A stretch of DNA of 64,000 nt from an uncultured Gammaproteobacteria bacterium (lineage in GTDB: Bacteria > Patescibacteriota > Microgenomatia > UBA1406). Position numbers and translations under genes: made by a program. Numbering within the stretch: position 1 is the first letter of the stretch; each line of letters opens with the position of its first letter. The notes beneath the pieces were generated by a model. It was not told the DNA's origin, made no database searches, and saw nothing but the letters and a program-made list of their open reading frames with translations. The DNA lies in assembly GCA_964414145.1 (NCBI GenBank), contig CAYPVH010000008.1:17369-81368 (forward strand), read 5' to 3'. Positions 7,729-14,711 of this stretch are shown one piece after another.

Positions 7729-8385
7729 TTAGCTATACTTTTTCTTTAAGGCAATACCGCCCAAAAGTGAGCTTAAGGAACCAAACCCTACCAGCAACCC
7801 GATTGGATCACCGGCTTCTGGCACCTTTTCACTAACCATAGCTTTCTTTTCTATACAAACTTGGGCCGTATCTTCGTCGCTACCATCTTGTTCAGAACTG
7901 GCGACAACCTTGTTGATTGGGCACAATACACTTTTTTGGGCCGGCATTTCGTTAATACCAACTACTTTTACCTGTAAAGTTAACTCTCTTCGCTCATTGG
8001 GAGCTAAATCGTTAACGGTAAAGATAACTCTTCTGTCGTTGCTATTGTAGCTACCACCAGATACATATTGTAAATAAGCTGGTAGGTAATCGACTACATT
8101 AACTTGGTTTAAAGTTGTACCACCGGTGTTTTGTACATAGATTTTAAAGAATACTGCCGATTGGGCAGAATACTTTGGGTCGGATAACCCTAAATTATCT
8201 ACGTATTCACCTGTTTGTGGGTTTCTTACCAATTTATCTATTACAATTTTTCCTGCTTCAGATGGTCCACCATATTGACCGTACTGATTGTACTGCCCAT
8301 CAGCGGCTACGCTTGAAGCAAAAACAATTGCTAAAGCGGCAAAAACAACAAATCCTTTTGTTAGTTTATTGACTGTATTTTTCAT
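7729..8385 (-). CDS. secreted cell-surface protein with a DUF11-like repeat domain and a C-terminal LPXTG-like sorting signal
   Basis: Signal peptide (FVVFAALAIVFASSVAADG). VFFKIYVQNTGGTTLNQVNVVDYLPAYLQYVSGG resembles the conserved-repeat (DUF11) domain. The C-terminus VPEAG + hydrophobic stretch + KKKYS is a sortase-type signal. Confidence 0.7.
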   Translation of the reverse strand: MKNTVNKLTKGFVVFAALAIVFASSVAADGQYNQYGQYGGPSEAGKIVIDKLVRNPQTGEYVDNLGLSDPKYSAQSAVFFKIYVQNTGGTTLNQVNVVDYLPAYLQYVSGGSYNSNDRRVIFTVNDLAPNERRELTLQVKVVGINEMPAQKSVLCPINKVVASSEQDGSDEDTAQVCIEKKAMVSEKVPEAGDPIGLLVGFGSLSSLLGGIALKKKYS

Positions 8386-8418
8386 ATTTTTTGTTACTAA
8401 ACTGGTAACTAATGACGA

Positions 8419-8447
8419 ATTATATCAAAATCCTATAGTATTGTCAA
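8419..8447 (-). promoter_or_regulatory. consensus sigma70 promoter (TTGACA-17-TATAAT) for the 7729..8385 gene
   Basis: Minus strand reads CTACTACTTGACAatactataggattttgaTATAAT. The -35 is at 8447..8442 and the -10 at 8424..8419. Confidence 0.7.
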
Positions 8448-8644
8448 GTAGTAGATTTTAGTTTATTTTTACTACTTCAATACTGCCTGATTAATAACTG
8501 CTATTAACTTCTACAATCTGTATTATAGCATATACAGCCTATAGTTTATTTATTACATAGTACTCCCTTTTTGTAAGAAAAGTGCTAAAAAAATTACCAA
8601 TATAAGTAATAGTGAATTTAGGTATTTTTGCTAAACTAGTAACT

Positions 8645-10114
8645 ATGAAAATTGCCGTACTTGGTGCCGGAATTGCTGGTTTAACTGCTGCTTTAGAACT
8701 AAGCAAGCAGGACCACGAAGTATTGGTGTTTGAAAAAAATAAGTTGCCCGGGGGCGCAGCAGGGGGCTTTAAACAGAGCGGCTGGGATTGGTACCTAGAC
8801 TACGCTTACCACCACTTATTTACCAATGACGGTGATATTCTTAATTTAGCCAATGAGATTGGTTTTGACGGGTTGATTAAGAAAAGGCCAATAACGGCAA
8901 GCATGTACAGAAATTCGAAATTCGAAGTTCGAAGTCCGAAACAAATTCCAAATTCCAAGTATTCCAAACCCTCCGATTCGGAGGGCATGCCCACCGAATC
9001 GGAGGGCAAACAAAAAACAAATTCAAAATTCAAAGCTCAAAATTTATTTAATTATCTTTTTGGGGAGGATACGGAGATATATAAGCTGGACAGCCCGGTT
9101 GACTTAATTAAGTTTAGCCGTTTAAGTTTAGTAAACCGTTTAAGAGCGGGAATGGTACTGGCAGCGCTAAAGTTTGGACCAAAAGTAGACCTATACGACA
9201 AAATAACTGCCAGCCAATTTTTAAAAACTTCGATGGGCCAAGAAGCTTATAAAGTGCTTTGGCATCCCCTTTTTGCCAAAAAATTTGAAGATTATAAAGA
9301 GAAAATAAACATGGCCTTCTTTTGGGCCAGGGTAAATAAACGCACCCCCGCCCTGGTTTACCCCAAGGGGGGCTTTCAGAACTTTGCCAACAAGCTGGCA
9401 AGTTATGTTGAAAAACGAAAAGTGAAGATACACTACGGAATAAAAATTGAAGAACTAAGGCAAAGTAATTCGAAATTCGAAATTCGAAATTCGAAATTTG
9501 ACAAGGTTATTTCTACCCTGCCTTCACCCTTGTTTTTGCAAATTGAGAAAGGGGTTTTACCGCAAAATTACCGAAATCGGCTGGAAAAAATTGAATACCT
9601 AGGGGCACAAAACCTAATTTTAGAAACAGAAAAACCAATTCTAGACAAAACATACTGGTTAAATATAGCTGCCAGCCCTACTTCGCTTGAGAAATCTACC
9701 CCTTTTGGGCTTAATTGGATGGTAGCGGTACAGCACACTAATTTTATGAATAAAAAGCATTATGGCAACAAGCATTTGCTTTATTTGGCGAAATACTTAA
9801 AAGAGCCAATGCCAATTAAACAATTAGACAATTACGGATTACGGACCTGTCCTCCAAATCGGAGGATTACGGATTACAAAGACAATAATTCGAAATACAA
9901 AATTCAAAATAGATTAATTAAAATTATTCAAAATAATTTTGTTAAGTATGCTCAACCGCTATATACCCCTGAGTTTGTTAAAAACAAGCCCGACTACACA
10001 ACCCCGGTTAAAGGGCTATATTTTGCCACCATGGAACAAACGTACCCTTATGACCGAGGCACCAATTTTGCCGTGCGGGTGGGGAAAGAAGTGGCCAAAA
10101 TCATAGGAATATAA
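8645..10114 (+). CDS. NAD(P)/FAD-dependent oxidoreductase (phytoene desaturase / amine-oxidase-like), carrying three in-frame repeat insertions
   Basis: Rossmann motif MKIAVLGAGIAGLTAALELSKQDHEVLVFEKNKLPGGAAGG at the ATG 8645; the track ORF starts at an upstream GTG (8612). The C-terminus YFATMEQTYPYDRGTNFAVRVGKEVA is typical of the family. Confidence 0.8.
   Translation: MKIAVLGAGIAGLTAALELSKQDHEVLVFEKNKLPGGAAGGFKQSGWDWYLDYAYHHLFTNDGDILNLANEIGFDGLIKKRPITASMYRNSKFEVRSPKQIPNSKYSKPSDSEGMPTESEGKQKTNSKFKAQNLFNYLFGEDTEIYKLDSPVDLIKFSRLSLVNRLRAGMVLAALKFGPKVDLYDKITASQFLKTSMGQEAYKVLWHPLFAKKFEDYKEKINMAFFWARVNKRTPALVYPKGGFQNFANKLASYVEKRKVKIHYGIKIEELRQSNSKFEIRNSKFDKVISTLPSPLFLQIEKGVLPQNYRNRLEKIEYLGAQNLILETEKPILDKTYWLNIAASPTSLEKSTPFGLNWMVAVQHTNFMNKKHYGNKHLLYLAKYLKEPMPIKQLDNYGLRTCPPNRRITDYKDNNSKYKIQNRLIKIIQNNFVKYAQPLYTPEFVKNKPDYTTPVKGLYFATMEQTYPYDRGTNFAVRVGKEVAKIIGI
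8911..9043. repeat. heptad repeats plus two CCTCCGAWTCGGAGG-type palindromes inserted in frame in the oxidoreductase gene
   Basis: aattcga aattcga agttcga agtccga ...; ccctccgattcggaggg (8969-8985); gcccaccgaatcggagggc (8989-9007). Translated as NSKFEVRSPKQIPNSKYSKPSDSEGMPTESEGKQKTNSKFKAQN. Confidence 0.75.
9467..9499. repeat. (AATTCGA)x4 heptad run inside the oxidoreductase gene
   Basis: aattcga aattcga aattcga aattcga aattt, translated as NSKFEIRNSKF. Confidence 0.8.
9831..9910. repeat. heptad repeats flanking a CCTCCAAATCGGAGG palindrome inside the oxidoreductase gene
   Basis: attacgg attacgg acctgt cctccaaatcggagg attacgg attacaa ... aattcgaaatacaaaattcaaaat, translated as NYGLRTCPPNRRITDYKDNNSKYKIQN. 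Confidence 0.75.
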
Positions 10115-10281
10115 GAATTTGAGAATATAAGAATATAGGAATGAGCATAATAACCAAGATCCAAATAACCCCACTACGTCCGCCTGACAGGCGGACTACG
10201 AGGGGCAAGTCCTCCGAATCGGAGGACAAGCTCCTACGCTCAGGATGACATATATATAAACAAAACTCGAGATTCGATTAT
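10115..10281. repeat. intergenic member of the heptad/palindrome repeat family plus a 40-nt dispersed block
   Basis: Palindromes gtccgcctgacaggcggac (10178-10196) and gtcctccgaatcggaggac (10209-10227). The block aggatgacatatatataaacaaaactcgagattcgattat (10242-10281) recurs at 33140-33179 with 4 mismatches. Confidence 0.7.
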
Positions 10282-10335
10282 GTACATAAGCTAAATCTAG
10301 GCTATTAATAGTACTTAAAATATGAATCTTGAGAC

Positions 10336-10344
10336 TGTTATAAT
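10336..10344 (+). promoter_or_regulatory. extended -10 promoter (TGtTATAAT) for tRNA-Leu
   Basis: tgttataat at 10336-10344, 15 nt upstream of the tRNA 5' end. No good -35 hexamer. Confidence 0.45.
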
Positions 10345-10358
10345 ATTGTTACAAAAAT

Positions 10359-10441
10359 GCCGGAGTGGCGAAATGGCAGACGCGCACGATTCAGGGTCGT
10401 GTATCCGCAAGGATGTGGAGGTTCAACTCCTCTCTCCGGCA
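10359..10441 (+). tRNA. tRNA-Leu (anticodon CAG)
   Basis: Folded by hand. Acceptor GCCGGAG/CTCCGGC; anticodon stem CACGA/TCGTG with loop TTCAGGG; long variable arm TATCCGCAAGGATG; T-arm GGAGGTTCAACTCCTC. Confidence 0.95.
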
Positions 10442-10596
10442 CAGTCTAATAATCAACTTGCTTTCAATCTTTGTGGAGGTTTCCCGATACGCTTCGCTTT
10501 ATCGGGATCCGTTTTCCGTAAGCTATTTTTTTACTTATCAGTCAAAACTGGCAACGGCAAACCTAACAATTCCTCTTTCCAACGCTCTGGTTTTTG

Positions 10597-10625
10597 AGGT
10601 CCGTCCTCTTTTAGGACGGACCTCA
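10597..10625. repeat. perfect 11-bp-stem palindrome (gaggtccgtcc tctttta ggacggacctc)
   Basis: Read directly from the sequence. Same GC-rich hairpin style as the dispersed family. No U tract, so it is not a classical terminator. Confidence 0.6.
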
Positions 10626-10675
10626 TAACAATAAATCCGGAATTGTAATTTAGTTTCTTTTAGTATACTTAGGGT

Positions 10676-11632
10676 ATGGCTTCTATATTTAGTCTTTTCA
10701 AGTCGCAACCGTCTACCAAAACCAGGCTTGTTGGACTTGTTAAAATGCTGCGGCCAACCCAGTGGATTAAAAACTCGGTCATATTCATTGCAATTCTTTT
10801 TAATGGTGAACTGTTCAACCCTGTGCTTTTTAACTACAGTTTAATTACCTTTGTTATTTTTTGCGCCATTTCTTCTGCCTCGTATATTTTTAATGACCTT
10901 GTGGACGCGCCATTTGACCGGAAACACAAAATTAAAAAGAACCGCCCCATAGCCAGTGGTCTGGTAAGTATTCCCGACGCTACTTTTGTTTTGTTTTTGC
11001 TGATTATTTTTGCCCTCAGCGCTTCATTATTTTTACGGATTAGTTTGGCAATGCTTGTTCTAACCTTTTTCTTACTTCATATTGTTTATACCCTATACTT
11101 AAAAAAACATGTGTTATTTGATATTTTCGCCATCTCGGCATCATTCATCATTCGCCTTTTGGCCGGCGAGGTTGTAACCGGGTTTCATGTACCCATTTGG
11201 CTGTGGTTAACTATTTTCTTCTTTTCACTTTTTATTGCCTCTGTTAAACGCCATAGCGAGTACATTAATCAAAGCGCCGCCACTCGCCCGGTTTTAGACG
11301 ACTATACCCCTTCGCTTTTACAATTTTTAGTTAATTCTTTTGCCGTAATGACCATTTTTTCTTATTCCTTTTATGCCTTTTTGGAAGAACCGCCACACAT
11401 TGAAACCCGATTAACCGAAATTATTGCCCCGTTCCTTCGAGGCGCCGAAACCAGAAAGTGGTTTACTTTAACCATTCCTTTGGCAGTATTTGCTGTAGCC
11501 CGTTATGCTCAACTTTTATATCAGTACAAAGAAGGCGAAGCTCCGGAAAAAGTAATTACCAAAGATAAAATATTAATCGGTACTATCTTGCTGTGGGGCT
11601 TTATTTTAATCAGCCTGATTTATATTCTTTAG
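10676..11632 (+). CDS. UbiA-family prenyltransferase, decaprenyl-phosphate phosphoribosyltransferase-like
   Basis: Polytopic. NDLVDAPFDRKHKIKKNRPIASG is the UbiA Asp-rich motif in the DPPR-synthase-like context. About 8-9 TM helices. Confidence 0.75.
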   Translation: MASIFSLFKSQPSTKTRLVGLVKMLRPTQWIKNSVIFIAILFNGELFNPVLFNYSLITFVIFCAISSASYIFNDLVDAPFDRKHKIKKNRPIASGLVSIPDATFVLFLLIIFALSASLFLRISLAMLVLTFFLLHIVYTLYLKKHVLFDIFAISASFIIRLLAGEVVTGFHVPIWLWLTIFFFSLFIASVKRHSEYINQSAATRPVLDDYTPSLLQFLVNSFAVMTIFSYSFYAFLEEPPHIETRLTEIIAPFLRGAETRKWFTLTIPLAVFAVARYAQLLYQYKEGEAPEKVITKDKILIGTILLWGFILISLIYIL

Positions 11633-11651
11633 CAATTTTTAAATTAGCATA

Positions 11652-13763
11652 ATGGCGGACAACACAGAGGTTGAAAACAAAACCAACGAAGGAGATTTTA
11701 TTGAAGAAGAAAATCAAGATTCCAAAGGCTTTAGTGATCTGTTCTTTTTAGGCGCGCTTAGCGCCGCTCAACTTGTTGCTGCCAATCACCCCAACGCCAG
11801 ACGGCAAAAAATATTTTTGGACTGGGAATCAGAATTTATGAAAACAGCCCGGAGAGACGAGCGATTTTACCCAAAACGAAACGAGGGTGAAACCAGGACA
11901 GAATATAAAGTTCGAAAAAAATCTGCTGCCGAGGAGTTTAAAAAATACCAAGGCACCCTTTCGGAAGTTGCATATGAGCTTAGAACAACTCAACGAGACG
12001 GCTTATTTACAAATAATGAAGCAGTTACCGAGCATATGCAAGACTTGTTGGCTACTCACCCGGAAATAACCGAAGGCAACCTGGAGGAAATTGTTGATAA
12101 AGCCAGGCAAAAAGCAACAGCAGGGCTTAGTGAAAAGCATGAGAAGTTAATGAAGCATTCCTATTTCAAAAAAAATCTTGGCGAAATTAGGGCTGGTGAA
12201 GAAGCTTCGCTAATATTTGATGGTTATTTGAAGAATGTGGGCCAAAGGCAAAATCAGAAACTTGAGGTAAGCGGTGACTTGTTAAAACACCGAGCTGTAA
12301 TTGAGAAAATAATGGCACGGCATTTGTTGGCTGGGAAAACTGAAGATTTTATGAACAGCGTATGGACTGATTATGCAAGTGTAAGAGAAACACCAAAAAC
12401 TGTAAAAGAAAAGATGACTAAAAAGGTTAAGGGGGTATCTGAAGCGGAAAAACGGGAATTTAGCCATCTTAAAAAGAGCTTAAGCCGAAACAGACCTTTA
12501 AACATTATTCTAGAACAAAGAAAAAATACTAATACCGGAACGACTACAACCAATGAATCAACCAAAACTGCTCCGCTCCCCATACAACAACCTATTAGGA
12601 AAAGCGAACGAGAAGAAAGACAAACGGTTAACGTAGAAGAGATAAAAGGTTTTACCGCCAGAATTAGGCAATATACAACTCAATTTAAAAATAGTTTTAG
12701 TCAGGTTAAGTCTTTCTTGAGTAACGCCAGACCCGTTTTTTCAAAAATTGGAAGTTTGGCTGAAAACGGTTTGGGGAAAGGCATTAATTTATTAACCAAT
12801 CTGTTTGGCAAAGCCAGTAAAGGAGCAAGTAGCGCTTCTCGAGCTGCATCGGCTTTAGCTAATGCCGGTAAACAACTAGTGACCAAAGTTGCGACCAAAA
12901 ACCCTTACTTTATTGCCGGTATTGTTATTTTGGTAGTTGTTGTTGTGGTTTTTCTAGTAATGAGTGGTATAAACTCTAGCAGTTCTGTTACCACCCCCTA
13001 CCACAGCGTTGCCAATACTTCGGGCTCTGAAGAACCCATTGGTACCGATTCGGCAACAATTACAGAACAATTAACAACTACCCCGTCTGCTCCAACCCCA
13101 ACCCCCAATTTGTCTTACTTAACGCCTGGGGAAAATTTGGAAGAAATAATGACTATGTCGGCTGAAAACACTTGTACCCCAAAGGCTATGATTAAAGCTA
13201 TATCGCGCCGAGAAGCATATGGCGTATGGAAATACGACAGTGCCGACTTTGATTTCTATAACAGTTTTGCCTGGTGGCAAAGCAGTGCTATTAATGAGGC
13301 GGTTGAAGAGGACAAAAAGAAAGTTTGCCGAGGTTACAGCTATAACACTTGTACGAATGTAATTGCACAAGACGCCAAATTTGCCAGCGATTACTGTGGT
13401 AAAGGAATTGTTAGTATTTGTAGAAGTGGCTTAGACGTAATGGGCCCGATGCAATTTGAACTGGGAACCTGGAAAGGTTATATCGCTCTGGTTAGTAAAG
13501 TACTGACCGAGCTTAGTGTTAACCGAGAACCAGACCGAAGAGTAATTCTAGACGCCTTTTTAGCGGCCGGTTTTAAACTGAGCGCCAGTAGTAAAGCCGA
13601 ATCATGCACCGATTGGACGCCACAAGAGATAAAAAAAGCGGCAAAAAGTTATTATGGCAGCTGTACCTATAGCACAAAGAAAAAAGAAGGCAACTATTGC
13701 CAGGAGGTTTGTAACTACTATAATTTGTATAGTGATGTAAAAGTTGATTGTGGAGAGATTTAA
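11652..13763 (+). CDS. membrane-anchored protein with a C-terminal lytic-transglycosylase (SLT/GH23)-like Cys-rich domain; VirB1-like candidate
   Basis: Long charged N-terminal region, one TM (NPYFIAGIVILVVVVVVFLVMSGI), a linker, then ISRREAYG ... GPMQFELGTWKGY ... AAKSYYGS, resembling the E-S / GLMQ / AYNxG motifs of SLT domains. Confidence 0.5.
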   Translation: MADNTEVENKTNEGDFIEEENQDSKGFSDLFFLGALSAAQLVAANHPNARRQKIFLDWESEFMKTARRDERFYPKRNEGETRTEYKVRKKSAAEEFKKYQGTLSEVAYELRTTQRDGLFTNNEAVTEHMQDLLATHPEITEGNLEEIVDKARQKATAGLSEKHEKLMKHSYFKKNLGEIRAGEEASLIFDGYLKNVGQRQNQKLEVSGDLLKHRAVIEKIMARHLLAGKTEDFMNSVWTDYASVRETPKTVKEKMTKKVKGVSEAEKREFSHLKKSLSRNRPLNIILEQRKNTNTGTTTTNESTKTAPLPIQQPIRKSEREERQTVNVEEIKGFTARIRQYTTQFKNSFSQVKSFLSNARPVFSKIGSLAENGLGKGINLLTNLFGKASKGASSASRAASALANAGKQLVTKVATKNPYFIAGIVILVVVVVVFLVMSGINSSSSVTTPYHSVANTSGSEEPIGTDSATITEQLTTTPSAPTPTPNLSYLTPGENLEEIMTMSAENTCTPKAMIKAISRREAYGVWKYDSADFDFYNSFAWWQSSAINEAVEEDKKKVCRGYSYNTCTNVIAQDAKFASDYCGKGIVSICRSGLDVMGPMQFELGTWKGYIALVSKVLTELSVNREPDRRVILDAFLAAGFKLSASSKAESCTDWTPQEIKKAAKSYYGSCTYSTKKKEGNYCQEVCNYYNLYSDVKVDCGEI

Positions 13764-14158
13764 TGACTAAAAAAATAAGTATTGTCTTTATTATTATAGT
13801 TACTGCCATTATTATTGTTGGCTTGGTTGTTTTGAAGTTTGTAGAACAAAATACACCCGCATCTGAAGGAATACTACCTACCACCCCAAAGACCTACAAC
13901 TACCCAACCCCAACCGCCTTTCAGTTTATTCCAACACTGGAAAAATCAATGCTAGTTAGTAAATTACCCTTGGAAACGGATGAGTACATCATAGAATACT
14001 TACCCGCAGACGACATATTTTATGTAACCGTTATGCCGGGCAACACAGAAAAAAACCAAGAGGCGGCAATAAGATGGTTAGCTGAGCAGGAAGTGCCCAA
14101 CCCCGGGAATAACCAGAAAGTAAAATTTATGTACCTGTTTAATCGGTTTGGGGAATAA
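13763..14158 (+). CDS. small N-terminally anchored hypothetical protein
   Basis: ATG 13763 overlaps the upstream stop (TAATG). TM ISIVFIIIVTAIIIVGLVVL. The track ORF starts at an upstream TTG (13748). Confidence 0.5.
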   Translation: MTKKISIVFIIIVTAIIIVGLVVLKFVEQNTPASEGILPTTPKTYNYPTPTAFQFIPTLEKSMLVSKLPLETDEYIIEYLPADDIFYVTVMPGNTEKNQEAAIRWLAEQEVPNPGNNQKVKFMYLFNRFGE

Positions 14159-14164
14159 AACAAC

Positions 14165-14193
14165 TTCAACTTACTAGTTAAACATTGTATAAT
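14165..14193 (+). promoter_or_regulatory. sigma70-type promoter (TTCAAC-17-TATAAT) for tRNA-Ala(GGC)
   Basis: TTCAAC 14165-14170, 17-nt spacer, TATAAT 14188-14193. The tRNA starts at 14214. Confidence 0.5.
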
Positions 14194-14213
14194 TAGATAT
14201 TCTGTGATTTTTC

Positions 14214-14287
14214 GGGCCCGTAGCTCAGCTGGCTAGAGCGTTCGCATGGCATGCGAAAGGCCACCGGTTCAAGTCCGGTCGGGTCCA
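14214..14287 (+). tRNA. tRNA-Ala (anticodon GGC)
   Basis: Acceptor GGGCCCG/CGGGTCC with the G3:U70 alanine identity pair. Anticodon stem TTCGC/GCGAA with loop ATGGCAT. T-arm ACCGGTTCAAGTCCGGT. Confidence 0.95.
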
Positions 14288-14553
14288 CTGATTCCATAAG
14301 CTAATTCAAGGTTAGCTGTGTCGGTTTCCGCCTGCGTTATACTTCGGCGGACTATCTCAGTCTAAGCCTCACTTTGTATCGGCAAGTCTGAGTTGAGCAA
14401 GTCCGGTCGGGTCCACTGATTCCATAAGCTAATTCAAGGTTAGCTGTGTCGGTTTCCGCCTGCGTTATACTTCGGCGGACTAACTTAGTCTATGCCACTA
14501 CTAACGTATCGGCAAGTCTGAGTTGAGCAAGTCCGGTCAGGTCCACTGATTCC
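14270..14553 (+). repeat. tandem repeat (128 nt + 130 nt + 26-nt partial) whose unit begins with the last 18 nt of tRNA-Ala(GGC)
   Basis: Units start at 14270, 14398 and 14528 with caagtccggtc(g/a)ggtccactgattcca. The first 85 nt of units 1 and 2 are identical. They then differ in a 22/24-nt patch (14355-14376 vs 14483-14506) before a shared 21-nt tail tatcggcaagtctgagttgag. Confidence 0.9.
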
Positions 14554-14560
14554 AATGGTA

Positions 14561-14668
14561 TTCCCGCCAAAGGCGGGCAGGCCCTCCGATTCGGAGGGTT
14601 TGGAAATTGTTTTTTGGGTTTTAGTACTTTGATATTATTTCGGATTTCGATATTCGGATTTCGAGTTT
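14561..14668. repeat. heptad/palindrome repeat family member
   Basis: cccgccaaaggcggg (14563-14577), gccctccgattcggagggt (14581-14599), then tttcgga tttcgat attcgga tttcgag (14636-14668). Confidence 0.7.
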
Positions 14669-14711
14669 ATATTGTATATTATCTACTGAATATTGGATAT
14701 TAACTCTTGTT

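Noticed and set aside
10322-10628. Track ORFs 10322..10597(+) and 10365..10628(+)
   Set aside because: They run through tRNA-Leu and the hairpin-rich spacer, and they have no SD or protein-like features.
14270-14553. CRISPR array
   Set aside because: The repeat units are 128-130 nt long, begin inside a tRNA and are directly abutting with no repeat-spacer alternation. There are no cas genes in the window. No other CRISPR-like regular repeat-spacer structure was seen.
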